Of a DNA stretch of 64,000 bases, positions 12,301 through 20,463 are shown one piece after another. Source of the DNA: Alphaproteobacteria bacterium (lineage in GTDB: Bacteria > Pseudomonadota > Alphaproteobacteria > Caedimonadales > UBA9215); assembly GCA_965204765.1 (NCBI GenBank), contig CBDBFG010000003.1:33412-97411 (forward strand), read 5' to 3'. The translations under genes and the position numbers were made by a program. How positions within the stretch are numbered: position 1 is the stretch's first letter; each line of letters begins with the position of its first letter. The notes under the pieces were generated by a model that was given only the letters and a program-made list of their open reading frames with translations, was not told the DNA's origin and searched no databases.

Positions 12301-12547
12301 TTTTGCTCCAAAACTAAAGATTTAATACACGCCTAACCGCTTGATTGTAATACAATTCCTAGCAATTTGTAATAAGTATTTTAATTGACTTACTGTTTAA
12401 CTATATTTTTACTGTGCATTAATACGCAATTATGGTCAAAAATAAATAAAAAAATGCAACAAAGCACATATAATTTGACAGAGTGTACTTTTTAGTATTT
12501 ATTACTCCTGATTTTAGCTACCCAAAATATTAATAAAAACAATAACA

Positions 12548-12907
12548 ATGAATAAGTATAAATTATTAATCATTCTCCTGACTGGATCTTACGTTATGGC
12601 ACACCATAGTCTATCTGAAGACGAGAGAATGAAAGATGACAAATATATGAATTTTATGAGAACATACCTAGGGTTTCAAGTAAAAGCCCGGTTTGCTATA
12701 CATGGCGTAATGGGAGCTAAACCAGAGCTTAAAGGGCAGTTATTAACCAGATTTAACCAACTAACAGACGAAGCCATAGCAAAAAAGATAATCACTATAC
12801 AAGACAAACAAAAATTTAAACAAGCAATTCTAAGAGAAAACACAACAGTAAACACAAACAAGCCAGACCCAGCATCGATTGCTTTAACTCTCTATCCAAA
12901 GTCATAA
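12548..12907 (+). CDS. hypothetical small secreted protein (orphan)
   Basis: 119 aa ORF with a signal-peptide-like N-terminus (MNKYKLLIILLTGSYVMA). I recognise no family. It sits at the left edge of the accessory island. Confidence 0.45.
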   Translation: MNKYKLLIILLTGSYVMAHHSLSEDERMKDDKYMNFMRTYLGFQVKARFAIHGVMGAKPELKGQLLTRFNQLTDEAIAKKIITIQDKQKFKQAILRENTTVNTNKPDPASIALTLYPKS

Positions 12908-12998
12908 TGTAAACGACCTCATAATACATAGAGCATTATACACTTCTTTTTTAACTAAATTGTACCCTTAAGACCTTCGCGAACTATCAAGCATTGAG

Positions 12999-13036
12999 CA
13001 TTGTTGGGTTAAATCAAAGGTATCCAAACTTTCATC
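12999..13036 (+). repeat. left inverted repeat (IR-L) of the invertase cassette
   Basis: cattgttgggttaaatcaaaggtatccaaactttcat matches the reverse complement of 14164-14203 (cattattgggttaaatcgtatcaaggtatctaaacttccat). About 33 of 37 aligned positions agree, with one 4 nt indel. Confidence 0.75.
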
Positions 13037-13311
13037 TTAGTTTACTGGGACCTTTTATCTGCCACTGATACTTCTATTTCCAATACCCCAATTTTTCTAC
13101 ATTTTATAACACTATATTGGTGTATAGTCTGAATGCCATAGAATCTTCATAATTTATTATCTGAGAAATTATATTCTCCCGGCATATTAAAATGTTTCTA
13201 TGATTTTTTAGATATATAATTAATATCTCTGCTTCAAAAATCCTTAAAATAGAAAAACTTAAGACTAGATTTAAAATAACCACACATTAGCAAAAATACT
13301 AATCTATGCCA

Positions 13312-13494
13312 TTAATCTTTTATATTAAAAGCAGTGCGAATTAATTTTATAGGAAGAGCAAAAAAATATTTTCTCTCCTCACCAGTAAATTTTAGTGGTT
13401 TATCAAATGCGTTTTTTCCTTTATGGTCAAAATTTTCATTCGAGGCATAATTTCTCCTTTTTTTGTTTATTTTATTGCAGAAACATCTTACCAT
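13312..13494 (-). CDS. hypothetical 60 aa ORF inside the invertase cassette (weak)
   Basis: ORF only; no recognisable motif and no clear RBS. Listed because it is the only other ORF between the inverted repeats. Confidence 0.2.
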   Translation of the reverse strand: MVRCFCNKINKKRRNYASNENFDHKGKNAFDKPLKFTGEERKYFFALPIKLIRTAFNIKD

Positions 13495-13595
13495 TCACTT
13501 CAGTTGTGAAATAGGTTTGTGCAAGACTAAAAACCGTATTGCTACGTTAATAAAATAAGCTTGCGCCAACGTTTGTTAGCAAAACTAGCAATATT

Positions 13596-14174
13596 ATGAT
13601 TTATAGTTATAGCATAATCTCAACAGGTGAATATCAGAGTAACAAATTACAATTATCTGCATTTAAAAAAGTAGGGGTTGAAAAAATATTCTCTGAAAAA
13701 ACGTCTGGTGGAAAATGGGAAAGACCAGAATTTCATAAACTGATCAATAAAATCAGAAAAGGTGACACAATTGTGGTTTGGAAGTTGGATAGATTATTGG
13801 GATCATCAAAAGACTTGTTAGTAATAATTGATAAAATTAACAAGAAAGAAGCTGGATTCAAAAGTGTAACTGAAAATATTGATACTACCACTACATCAGG
13901 ATGTATGATGATGCAAATGGTTGATGCTTTCAGAGTTTGAACGTGCAATGGTCAGAGAGCGTACAAAAGCTGGTTTGGATGCTACCAGGGCTGAAGAAAG
14001 AATTGGGAGACCAAAACCCAAGCTCAAGCCAGATCAAAAAAATACGTTGTGGATAATGTGATGACAGGACGAAAATCAGGTGCTGATATGGCTAGGATAT
14101 ATGATGTAAGTGAAGCTACAATTTCACGCACTGTAGCTCAATATAGAATACTACAAGAAAAAATGGAAGTTTAG
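13596..14174 (+). pseudogene. serine recombinase, Hin/Gin/resolvase family DNA invertase, frameshifted
   Basis: Frame 0 gives MIYSYSIISTGEYQ...GDTIVVWKLDRLLGSSKDLL...GFKSVTENIDTTTTSG...MVDAF and stops at 13940. Homology continues in frame +1 (SEFERAMVRERTKAGLDATRAEERIGRPKPKLKPDQ), then returns to frame 0 after the A7 run at 14036-14042 (KKYVVDNVMTGRKSGADMARIYDVSEATISRTVAQYR, an HTH_7-like tail) and ends at TAG 14172-14174. The total is 192 codons, as in Hin/Gin. Confidence 0.85.
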
Positions 14175-14203
14175 ATACCTTGATACGATTTAACCCAATA
14201 ATG
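14164..14203 (-). repeat. right inverted repeat (IR-R) of the invertase cassette
   Basis: Partner of 12999-13036. It overlaps the last three codons and the stop of the recombinase pseudogene. Confidence 0.75.
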
Positions 14204-14239
14204 GCTTTTATTAATGACAGAAATTAATCTTAACTTTAC

Positions 14240-16111
14240 TCGGGATAGGGGGACCCTCACGGGTTTTCCCTCCCACACCACCTGCCATACGGGTCCGTAG
14301 CAAGGCGGTTCAATTTAGTTAAATGCTTTCATTGTTGATAATTTTGGTACTCCAAGTTTATCAAAATAATTTATGCCCATAGCTATTTTAGTTCCAGTAG
14401 TGTCACTAATTCTCCAAGGACCCTTACTTGATATTGCAGTTCTATATGCAGTTCTCAAATCGACACCTAGTTTAATAAGATTTTTCATGCGACGTCTATA
14501 TGTTTTCCATTGTTTCCATTGGACACATCGCAGTCTGTGTCTTATCCATTTGTCTAAGATCTTTAATACAGAGCGAGTTTCACAAATTCCAAAATATGCG
14601 TACCATCCATGTAGATATTGAGATAGAGTTTTAATTCTCTTCTCCATACCTATACTCCAGTTTCTGCTGGTAATTTTCTTTACCTCTTGCTTGAACTTTT
14701 GTATTGCTTTTGGTGATATACCTATATTAGATATTTCTGGTCTTCTAACTAGGCAAAAACCTAAAAATGATCTTTTCCTTGATGATGCAACCGCACTTTT
14801 CTCCTGATTTACTCGGAGCTTAAGTTTTTGCATTATAAACTTATTTATACTTTTCATTACTCTATTTCCAGAACGTTCACTTTTGACGTATATATTGCTA
14901 TCATCAGCGAATCTGCAAAATTTATGACCTCTGTCTTCCAATTCTTTATCAAATTCATCTAGGATAATATTTGAAAGAAAAGGTGAGAGCGGACCACCTT
15001 GTTGCACTCCTTCTTTAGAATATTGCTCAACTCCATTTTTCATAATTCCACTTTTAAGATAAGCCCGTATAAGTTTTAATAGTCTTTGATCTTTTATGTT
15101 TTTCGCCAATTTACTCATCAATCGATCATGATTAATGAAATCGAAGAATTTTTCGAGATCAATGTCTACCACGGTGCTATATCCTTGTCGCACATATTCT
15201 TTAGCTTTTAATATAGCCTGATGTGCGGATTTACCAGGACGAAATCCATAACTATTTTCTGAAAACAGCGGATCCCATTTCTGTTGCAAAATTTGAAGAA
15301 TGGCTTGTTGTATAAGTCTATCTATAGTGCATGGAATAGATAATTTACGCACACCTTTGCCATTAGGTTTAGGTATTTCAATTAGTTTTATTCCTTTCGG
15401 TTTGTATGCACCGTTTAGAAGAGAAGATTTTATAGTTAGCCAGTGTAATTTTAAGAATTCTGGAAGTTCATTGACAGTAATATTATCTATCCCTGCGCTT
15501 CCTTTGTTCTTACACACCTTTCTATAGGCAATTATAAGATTATTTCTAGAGCATATTTCCTCCATTATCCTGTCATTAAACATTGGCTTTTCGTTATGTT
15601 GTTCAGCTGTTGATAAATCAGCACTCGAGTCAGCTACTTCAGGCTTCACCTTCAGCTCATATCCCAAGTTCTTATTCAAGTTTGACTGCCTTTTCATATT
15701 ATCAACATTTCTTCAACTACTACTTAGCTTTCTAGATTGTTCAGGCCTTCGGACACCGTGTCCTACTATGCCATCTGCGGACTTCTGTATAGCATTACAA
15801 AACCTCCCGATTTTGCTAGTTTGTTTTCACAAAACATCCATACAGATCTCCCGTGGTAAGCACTATAACTTTCTGTACACAACTGCTGAATTTACGCTTT
15901 GAGTTCTTGATGGATATGGACTTCGCAATCACAAGCTTGCTCTTCCAACTCTAACGCCTCATATTCAGTTTCTGTTCGTCAGCTCATACTTTTGTTTCAC
16001 ACTTCCTTCAGACAAGACCTCACGATATTGCCCTTGTGCTTCCCTAACCTTCAGCTCCATCAGCTTGGTAAGAGGACTTTCACCTCTCTAGTAATAGTGC
16101 ATGCACGGCAC
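14240..16111 (-). mobile_element. bacterial class C (IIC) group II intron, ~1.87 kb; boundaries approximate (+/- a few nt)
   Basis: The RT/maturase ORF is flanked by ribozyme sequence. The 5' end on the minus strand reads GTGCCGTGCATGCAC...GAGAGGTGAAAGTCCTC...TCTGAAGGAAGTG...GAATATGAGGCG. Just after the ORF stop comes the domain V-like hairpin TTGAACCGCCTTGCTACGGACCCGTATGGCAGGTGGTGTG, with a CGC triad and a 2 nt 3' bulge. A GTGA-tetraloop hairpin with a bulged A (14246) follows as the domain VI candidate. An 11 bp stem-loop plus T-run lies in the 5' exon. Confidence 0.85.
14315..15697 (-). CDS. group II intron reverse transcriptase/maturase (no endonuclease domain)
   Basis: 460 aa with RT motifs: GSAGIDNITV, RKLSIPCTIDRLIQQA, YGFRPGKSAHQA, VVDIDLEKFFDFINHD, QGGPLSPFLSNIILDEFDKEL, FCRFADDSNIYV. 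The maturase X domain has the RHRLRCVQWKQWKT region and a short C-terminal tail ending YFDKLGVPKL. Confidence 0.95.
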   Translation of the reverse strand: MKRQSNLNKNLGYELKVKPEVADSSADLSTAEQHNEKPMFNDRIMEEICSRNNLIIAYRKVCKNKGSAGIDNITVNELPEFLKLHWLTIKSSLLNGAYKPKGIKLIEIPKPNGKGVRKLSIPCTIDRLIQQAILQILQQKWDPLFSENSYGFRPGKSAHQAILKAKEYVRQGYSTVVDIDLEKFFDFINHDRLMSKLAKNIKDQRLLKLIRAYLKSGIMKNGVEQYSKEGVQQGGPLSPFLSNIILDEFDKELEDRGHKFCRFADDSNIYVKSERSGNRVMKSINKFIMQKLKLRVNQEKSAVASSRKRSFLGFCLVRRPEISNIGISPKAIQKFKQEVKKITSRNWSIGMEKRIKTLSQYLHGWYAYFGICETRSVLKILDKWIRHRLRCVQWKQWKTYRRRMKNLIKLGVDLRTAYRTAISSKGPWRISDTTGTKIAMGINYFDKLGVPKLSTMKAFN

Positions 16112-16808
16112 GCTTATAAAAAATAGCAATATAAAACATATTGCTATTATTCCAGATGGAAATCGTAGGTGGGCAGAGTCAAAAGGACTTAATCGTCAAG
16201 AAGGTCATCATGCAATGGTACGCTCAATCCCTTCATTATTTGCTTTTTTAATCGATAGTGGGGTTCATACTGTGACTTTTTGGTTAGCCAGCCCAGAAAA
16301 TTTTATAAAAAGAGATGATAGTGAAATAGCTCATCTTTATGAATATTTTGAAATTTTAATTGATAAGCTATTAAGTGGATACTCTAATACTAAGATTTGT
16401 CACTTAGGAGAGAAACACATTTTTCCCAAGAGATTCTTAAACAAGATACGTTTAGCGGAGCAAACCACTCAAAACTGTAACGGTAATATTATTAATTTGG
16501 CAATAAACTATTCTGCAAATCAAGAAATAATATGGATTGCAAATAAAATAAAGGATTCATATGTCTCAAATGAAAGTTGGTGTGAGCAAACTATAGAAAA
16601 ACTGTTATGTAAAGAAAACCGTGTTTACTCTCACATTGATATGATTATAAGAACTGGAAGAGAGAAACGTTTATCTGGTTTTATGAGTTGGTGGTCTTCA
16701 TACGCAGAGCTATTTTTTGTACAAAAATACTTTCCAGACTTTTCTTGCGATGATTTAAAAAATTGTATTTATGATTTTTCAAACAGAAACAAAAGGTTTG
16801 GTAAGTAG
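16101..16808 (+). CDS. divergent cis-prenyltransferase (undecaprenyl-diphosphate synthase family); the present start codon lies inside the intron terminus
   Basis: 235 aa with KHIAIIPDGNRRWA (canonical IIMDGNGRWA), LASPENF (FSxENW), NLAINYS and IIRTGREKRLSGFMSWWSSYAELFF..YFPDF (IRTGGExRxSNFLLWQ..YxE..F....WPDF). Isolated from the usual frr-uppS-cdsA context. Confidence 0.8.
   Translation: MHGTLIKNSNIKHIAIIPDGNRRWAESKGLNRQEGHHAMVRSIPSLFAFLIDSGVHTVTFWLASPENFIKRDDSEIAHLYEYFEILIDKLLSGYSNTKICHLGEKHIFPKRFLNKIRLAEQTTQNCNGNIINLAINYSANQEIIWIANKIKDSYVSNESWCEQTIEKLLCKENRVYSHIDMIIRTGREKRLSGFMSWWSSYAELFFVQKYFPDFSCDDLKNCIYDFSNRNKRFGK
16122..16148 (-). terminator. terminator-like stem-loop (11 bp stem, 5 nt loop, T-run on the minus strand); candidate IIC intron homing motif
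   Basis: The minus strand reads AATAGCAATAT-GTTTT-ATATTGCTATT followed by TTTTATAAGC and then the intron 5' end GTGCC. The same bases encode NSNIKHIAI of the uppS-like ORF on the plus strand. Confidence 0.6.
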
Positions 16809-16903
16809 TTATAATGTTATACTGCACAATCCTTGGAACATTATATGCCAATTTTACTTTACACCCATAATCCCTAAGTCATACAACTATTAATATGCTA
16901 TGC

Positions 16904-18274
16904 TTATTTTTTGTCCAAGTCCATAATACCCAGAGATTTTAACTTACGATGCAAAGCAGAACGCTCCATTTCAATAAAGTCTGCTGTCTTAGAAACATTG
17001 CCACCAAATCTGTTTATTTGTGCCAAAAGATAATCTGTTTCAAATTTGCTCCTAGCCTCACGCAATGGTAAAGATAGCAATTTGTTTACGGCATCACCAC
17101 CATCACCACTAGATGAAACAATATCAGATGGTAAATGCTCTAACTCTACAATGGAGGTTATCCCCTGTGCGGTTAACAATATCCATTCAATAATAGTCCT
17201 GAGTTGTCTTATATTACCAACCCACCTGTACTGCTGCAGTGATAAAATAGCTTCTTCACTAAATCGCACTGCTGGCACCTTTAGTAACTTTGCTGTTTCA
17301 TTACCATAATACTGCAATAGCTCCGGTATATCTTGTGCCCTAGCAGACAAACTAGGCACGCTGACAGCAGTAACGTTCAAACGTTCATATAACTCACTAT
17401 TAAACAACGATTCTTCTACTAAAGATTGCAAATCAACAGTAGTAGAAGAAATTATCCGCACATCTACTTCGACTGGATCTTCGCCATTGATACGAAAAAA
17501 TCTATTATTCTGCAAAACCTTTAATAAGCTCTGTTGTGCAGCAATTGATAATCTATCAACTGATTCTAAAAATAAGGTACCTTTATGTGATTGCTCTAAC
17601 AAACCGGCATTAAATCCATTTTCTTTTTCTATGCCTAGCAATGCTTGCTCTAATTCCTCAGGCAAAAAGTTACTACAATTCAAAGTAACAAATCTACTAG
17701 CATGACGTTGAGATTTATTATGAATTATTCTGGCAATAGATTCTTTACCTGAACCATGCTGACCATGCAACACTACCCGACTATTAGTACCGGCAACTTT
17801 CTCTATACTGCTTACCAAATTTTGCACAGCACTGGAATTACCCAGCAAGACCCCGTCATCATCTAAATATTTATTTTTGAGCTCTGTGTTTTCTTGCTGC
17901 AATTTATGTGATTCCAAAGCACGTTGCACCAAAACTATAAGTTTTTCTGCCTTAAATGGTTTCTCAATAAAGTCATACGCTCCACTTTTAATTGCAGATA
18001 CTGCGGTTTCAATATTGCCATGCCCACTCATCATTAATACTGGCAAATCTATGTGATCTTTGACCACTTGTGCCAATATTTCCAAACCATCAATTTTATT
18101 ATCACCCAACCAAATATCTAATAAAATCAAATGTGGACGTCTATTTTTTACTTCTTGCAGAGCATCACCACCATTATAGGCATAACGACAGCTATAACCC
18201 TCATCTTCCAATATATCTCCTACTAACTGACAAATATCACGTTCATCATCAACAATCAGAATATCAAATGCCAT
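16904..18274 (-). CDS. ntrX: two-component response regulator NtrX (receiver + AAA+ + Fis HTH)
   Basis: MAFDILIVDDERDI...HLILLDIWL receiver, GQHGSGKE Walker A, and a C-terminal HTH (GGNVSKTADFIEMERSALHRKLKSLGI). The start is taken at the internal Met (18274), 2 nt after the ntrY stop. Confidence 0.9.
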   Translation of the reverse strand: MAFDILIVDDERDICQLVGDILEDEGYSCRYAYNGGDALQEVKNRRPHLILLDIWLGDNKIDGLEILAQVVKDHIDLPVLMMSGHGNIETAVSAIKSGAYDFIEKPFKAEKLIVLVQRALESHKLQQENTELKNKYLDDDGVLLGNSSAVQNLVSSIEKVAGTNSRVVLHGQHGSGKESIARIIHNKSQRHASRFVTLNCSNFLPEELEQALLGIEKENGFNAGLLEQSHKGTLFLESVDRLSIAAQQSLLKVLQNNRFFRINGEDPVEVDVRIISSTTVDLQSLVEESLFNSELYERLNVTAVSVPSLSARAQDIPELLQYYGNETAKLLKVPAVRFSEEAILSLQQYRWVGNIRQLRTIIEWILLTAQGITSIVELEHLPSDIVSSSGDGGDAVNKLLSLPLREARSKFETDYLLAQINRFGGNVSKTADFIEMERSALHRKLKSLGIMDLDKK

Positions 18275-18276
18275 TA

Positions 18277-20463
18277 TTATCCTTCCAAATGAAATACTAA
18301 CCTTACCACTGCAGACCAATTACGCTCAGTTTCCAAATTCATACGCCCGCCATGATCTTCTATAATTTTTTTCACAATTGCTAAGCCCAAACCTGTACCT
18401 TTGGGCTTAGTAGTCACATAAGGCTCGGCAAGCTGTTCTGTATTTTGCGGGAAACCAGAACCCGTATCTTTTACCAATATTACTAGCTCTTTATTACCCA
18501 AAGTGACTGATATACTAATTTTTCCGTCCTTACCCTGTTCATAGATAGAGTCTATAGAATTCTGCATAATATTTGTTAATACTTGACTTATTTGTGCAGC
18601 ATCACACACAAAATGCTGGTGACTAGGACCTCTGAAAACAAAATTAATATCAGGATTAGAAGTTTTATATTGCTCGATATGTTGCTTGATTATTTTAATA
18701 ATATCTTCTTCTTGCATATTAGGATCTGGCATTTTAGCAAAATCAGAAAATGATTTCACCATATCCCCTATATGGGATACTTGCCTGACTATTGTCGCCA
18801 CACAATTATCAAATTTTTCCGCATCTTTTGTGATTTGTGTCGCATATTTTCTTTGTAGTTGTTCAGCAGATAACTGTATCGGGGTCAATGGATTGCGTAT
18901 TTCATGTGCAATACGTCTTGCCACATCCGCCCACGCGGCTTTACGTTGTGCATATAACAAATGCGTAATATTCACAAAACTAATAATATAGCCCTGACAC
19001 AAACTATGATCCTGACTATCTCTGATTATTTGCAAATGTACATGCAGGGTATGCATTTCTTTCTTTCTAATAATTTTAATTTGCCTAGAAAAACTTTTAT
19101 TATCCTGTTCAAACTGATTTAATAATTCTTCTACTTCTGGAAAACAACTAGAAATCTTTTTGCCGATATAGCTATCTATATCGGTAATGTTTAATAAATC
19201 AGAGGCGTAATCGTTGATAATTTGTACTATATTTTGCCTATCAATACTAATTACTCCGGATCGCACACTAGATAAAATATCCTCTATAAATCTTCGACGT
19301 GAATCTATCGATGCACTAGCCTGAACCAACTTTTCCTTTTGTTTTTCCAATTTTGTCGTCATTCTATTGAATGAATTCATCAATAACGATATTTCATCTT
19401 TATCAATACCGGGATTGACTCGTATGGACAAATCACCTTTGATTACTTTTTCTGAGGCTGAAATTAAACTACCAATTGGTTTAGCAATTCTTCCAGCAAA
19501 AACCAATGCTACCCACACAGCAATTAATAATAAAACAAAGGCTATAGCTATAAAAATCAACCCCAAGTACAACTGAAATCTAGTCTGATTTTTATCGACC
19601 TCGTTATAGTTACTCACGGCATTTTGGACATCTTTTATTCTTTTTGATACCGCAGGATCAACAATACGACCGACCAATAAATACGCATCAATATCAGGAG
19701 CTATTTTGATTAATGCACGCACACGATCACCAGCATCATTGGTTTTGATTACCACCTCATTTTTTGAATTCTTTAACTCAAGAGCAGAAAACACTTCAAA
19801 CTCCAAGGTAAAACTTAATTTAGAACGGGCTATCACCTCGGGTACACCATTAAAAACTAAAGCTTCATCGATATTGCGCAGCCCAATCTGCGTATCTATT
19901 AGATTATTAAACCTTGCTTGATTATGTTGTAATATCTTGTAATTGTGGGCAATCTCTTGTGCCATCGCGTATACATTTGCGCTAATTACTTTTTTATGTT
20001 CCGCCAAATAAGATTGGGCTACTTTAGTTGATTCTGATAATGCCGTGCTAACGCTGCTACTGAACCATTTTTGTATCCCCATATTAAAGATAATCGCTGA
20101 AAAAATCATCATTAATATAGCGGGCGTAATAGTTAACAAGCTAAAAATCATCACAAATCTTGTGTGCAGCTTTGCCGCTTGATTACCAGATTTTCTATCC
20201 GCCCAAGCAATAGAAAGCTTACGCACAATGGCTAACGTTAGTAACATTAATATTAATAAATCGATATTTAAAATTATCGTAAGATGATTAGAGTTAATAT
20301 TATTTAGTTCTGATTGTGCGAACACATAATAGGTTACACAAGACGCGATACTGGATAAAAATATCAACACATACATTAACTTTTTTCTAAAACTTTTATG
20401 TTCAAAAGTTCCTTTTAAAGCGCGAATATTTTTGCTGTATGCCCCCCAAAAATGGTAACTCAT
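18277..20463 (-). CDS. ntrY: sensor histidine kinase NtrY
   Basis: 728 aa with N-terminal TM segments, HAMP, PAS, the H-box RRIAHEIRNPLTPIQLSAEQL, the N box NIMQNSIDS and the G boxes DTGSGF / GTGLGLAIVKKIIEDHGG. Confidence 0.9.
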   Translation of the reverse strand: MSYHFWGAYSKNIRALKGTFEHKSFRKKLMYVLIFLSSIASCVTYYVFAQSELNNINSNHLTIILNIDLLILMLLTLAIVRKLSIAWADRKSGNQAAKLHTRFVMIFSLLTITPAILMMIFSAIIFNMGIQKWFSSSVSTALSESTKVAQSYLAEHKKVISANVYAMAQEIAHNYKILQHNQARFNNLIDTQIGLRNIDEALVFNGVPEVIARSKLSFTLEFEVFSALELKNSKNEVVIKTNDAGDRVRALIKIAPDIDAYLLVGRIVDPAVSKRIKDVQNAVSNYNEVDKNQTRFQLYLGLIFIAIAFVLLLIAVWVALVFAGRIAKPIGSLISASEKVIKGDLSIRVNPGIDKDEISLLMNSFNRMTTKLEKQKEKLVQASASIDSRRRFIEDILSSVRSGVISIDRQNIVQIINDYASDLLNITDIDSYIGKKISSCFPEVEELLNQFEQDNKSFSRQIKIIRKKEMHTLHVHLQIIRDSQDHSLCQGYIISFVNITHLLYAQRKAAWADVARRIAHEIRNPLTPIQLSAEQLQRKYATQITKDAEKFDNCVATIVRQVSHIGDMVKSFSDFAKMPDPNMQEEDIIKIIKQHIEQYKTSNPDINFVFRGPSHQHFVCDAAQISQVLTNIMQNSIDSIYEQGKDGKISISVTLGNKELVILVKDTGSGFPQNTEQLAEPYVTTKPKGTGLGLAIVKKIIEDHGGRMNLETERNWSAVVRLVFHLEG

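Noticed and set aside
12301-12547. CtrA half-site-like TTAA motifs upstream of ftsZ (e.g. TTAACTATATTTTTA)
   Set aside because: There are only partial matches to TTAA-N7-TTAAC. In sequence this AT-rich, TTAA occurs too often for the motif to be informative.
14241-14275. The GTGA-tetraloop hairpin GGGAGGG...CCCTATCCC as domain V of the intron
   Set aside because: It lacks an AGC/CGC triad and the 2 nt 3' bulge. The hairpin just upstream (14276-14306) has both and resembles the IIC domain V, so I treat this one as the domain VI candidate with bulged A 14246 instead. Neither fold is verified computationally.
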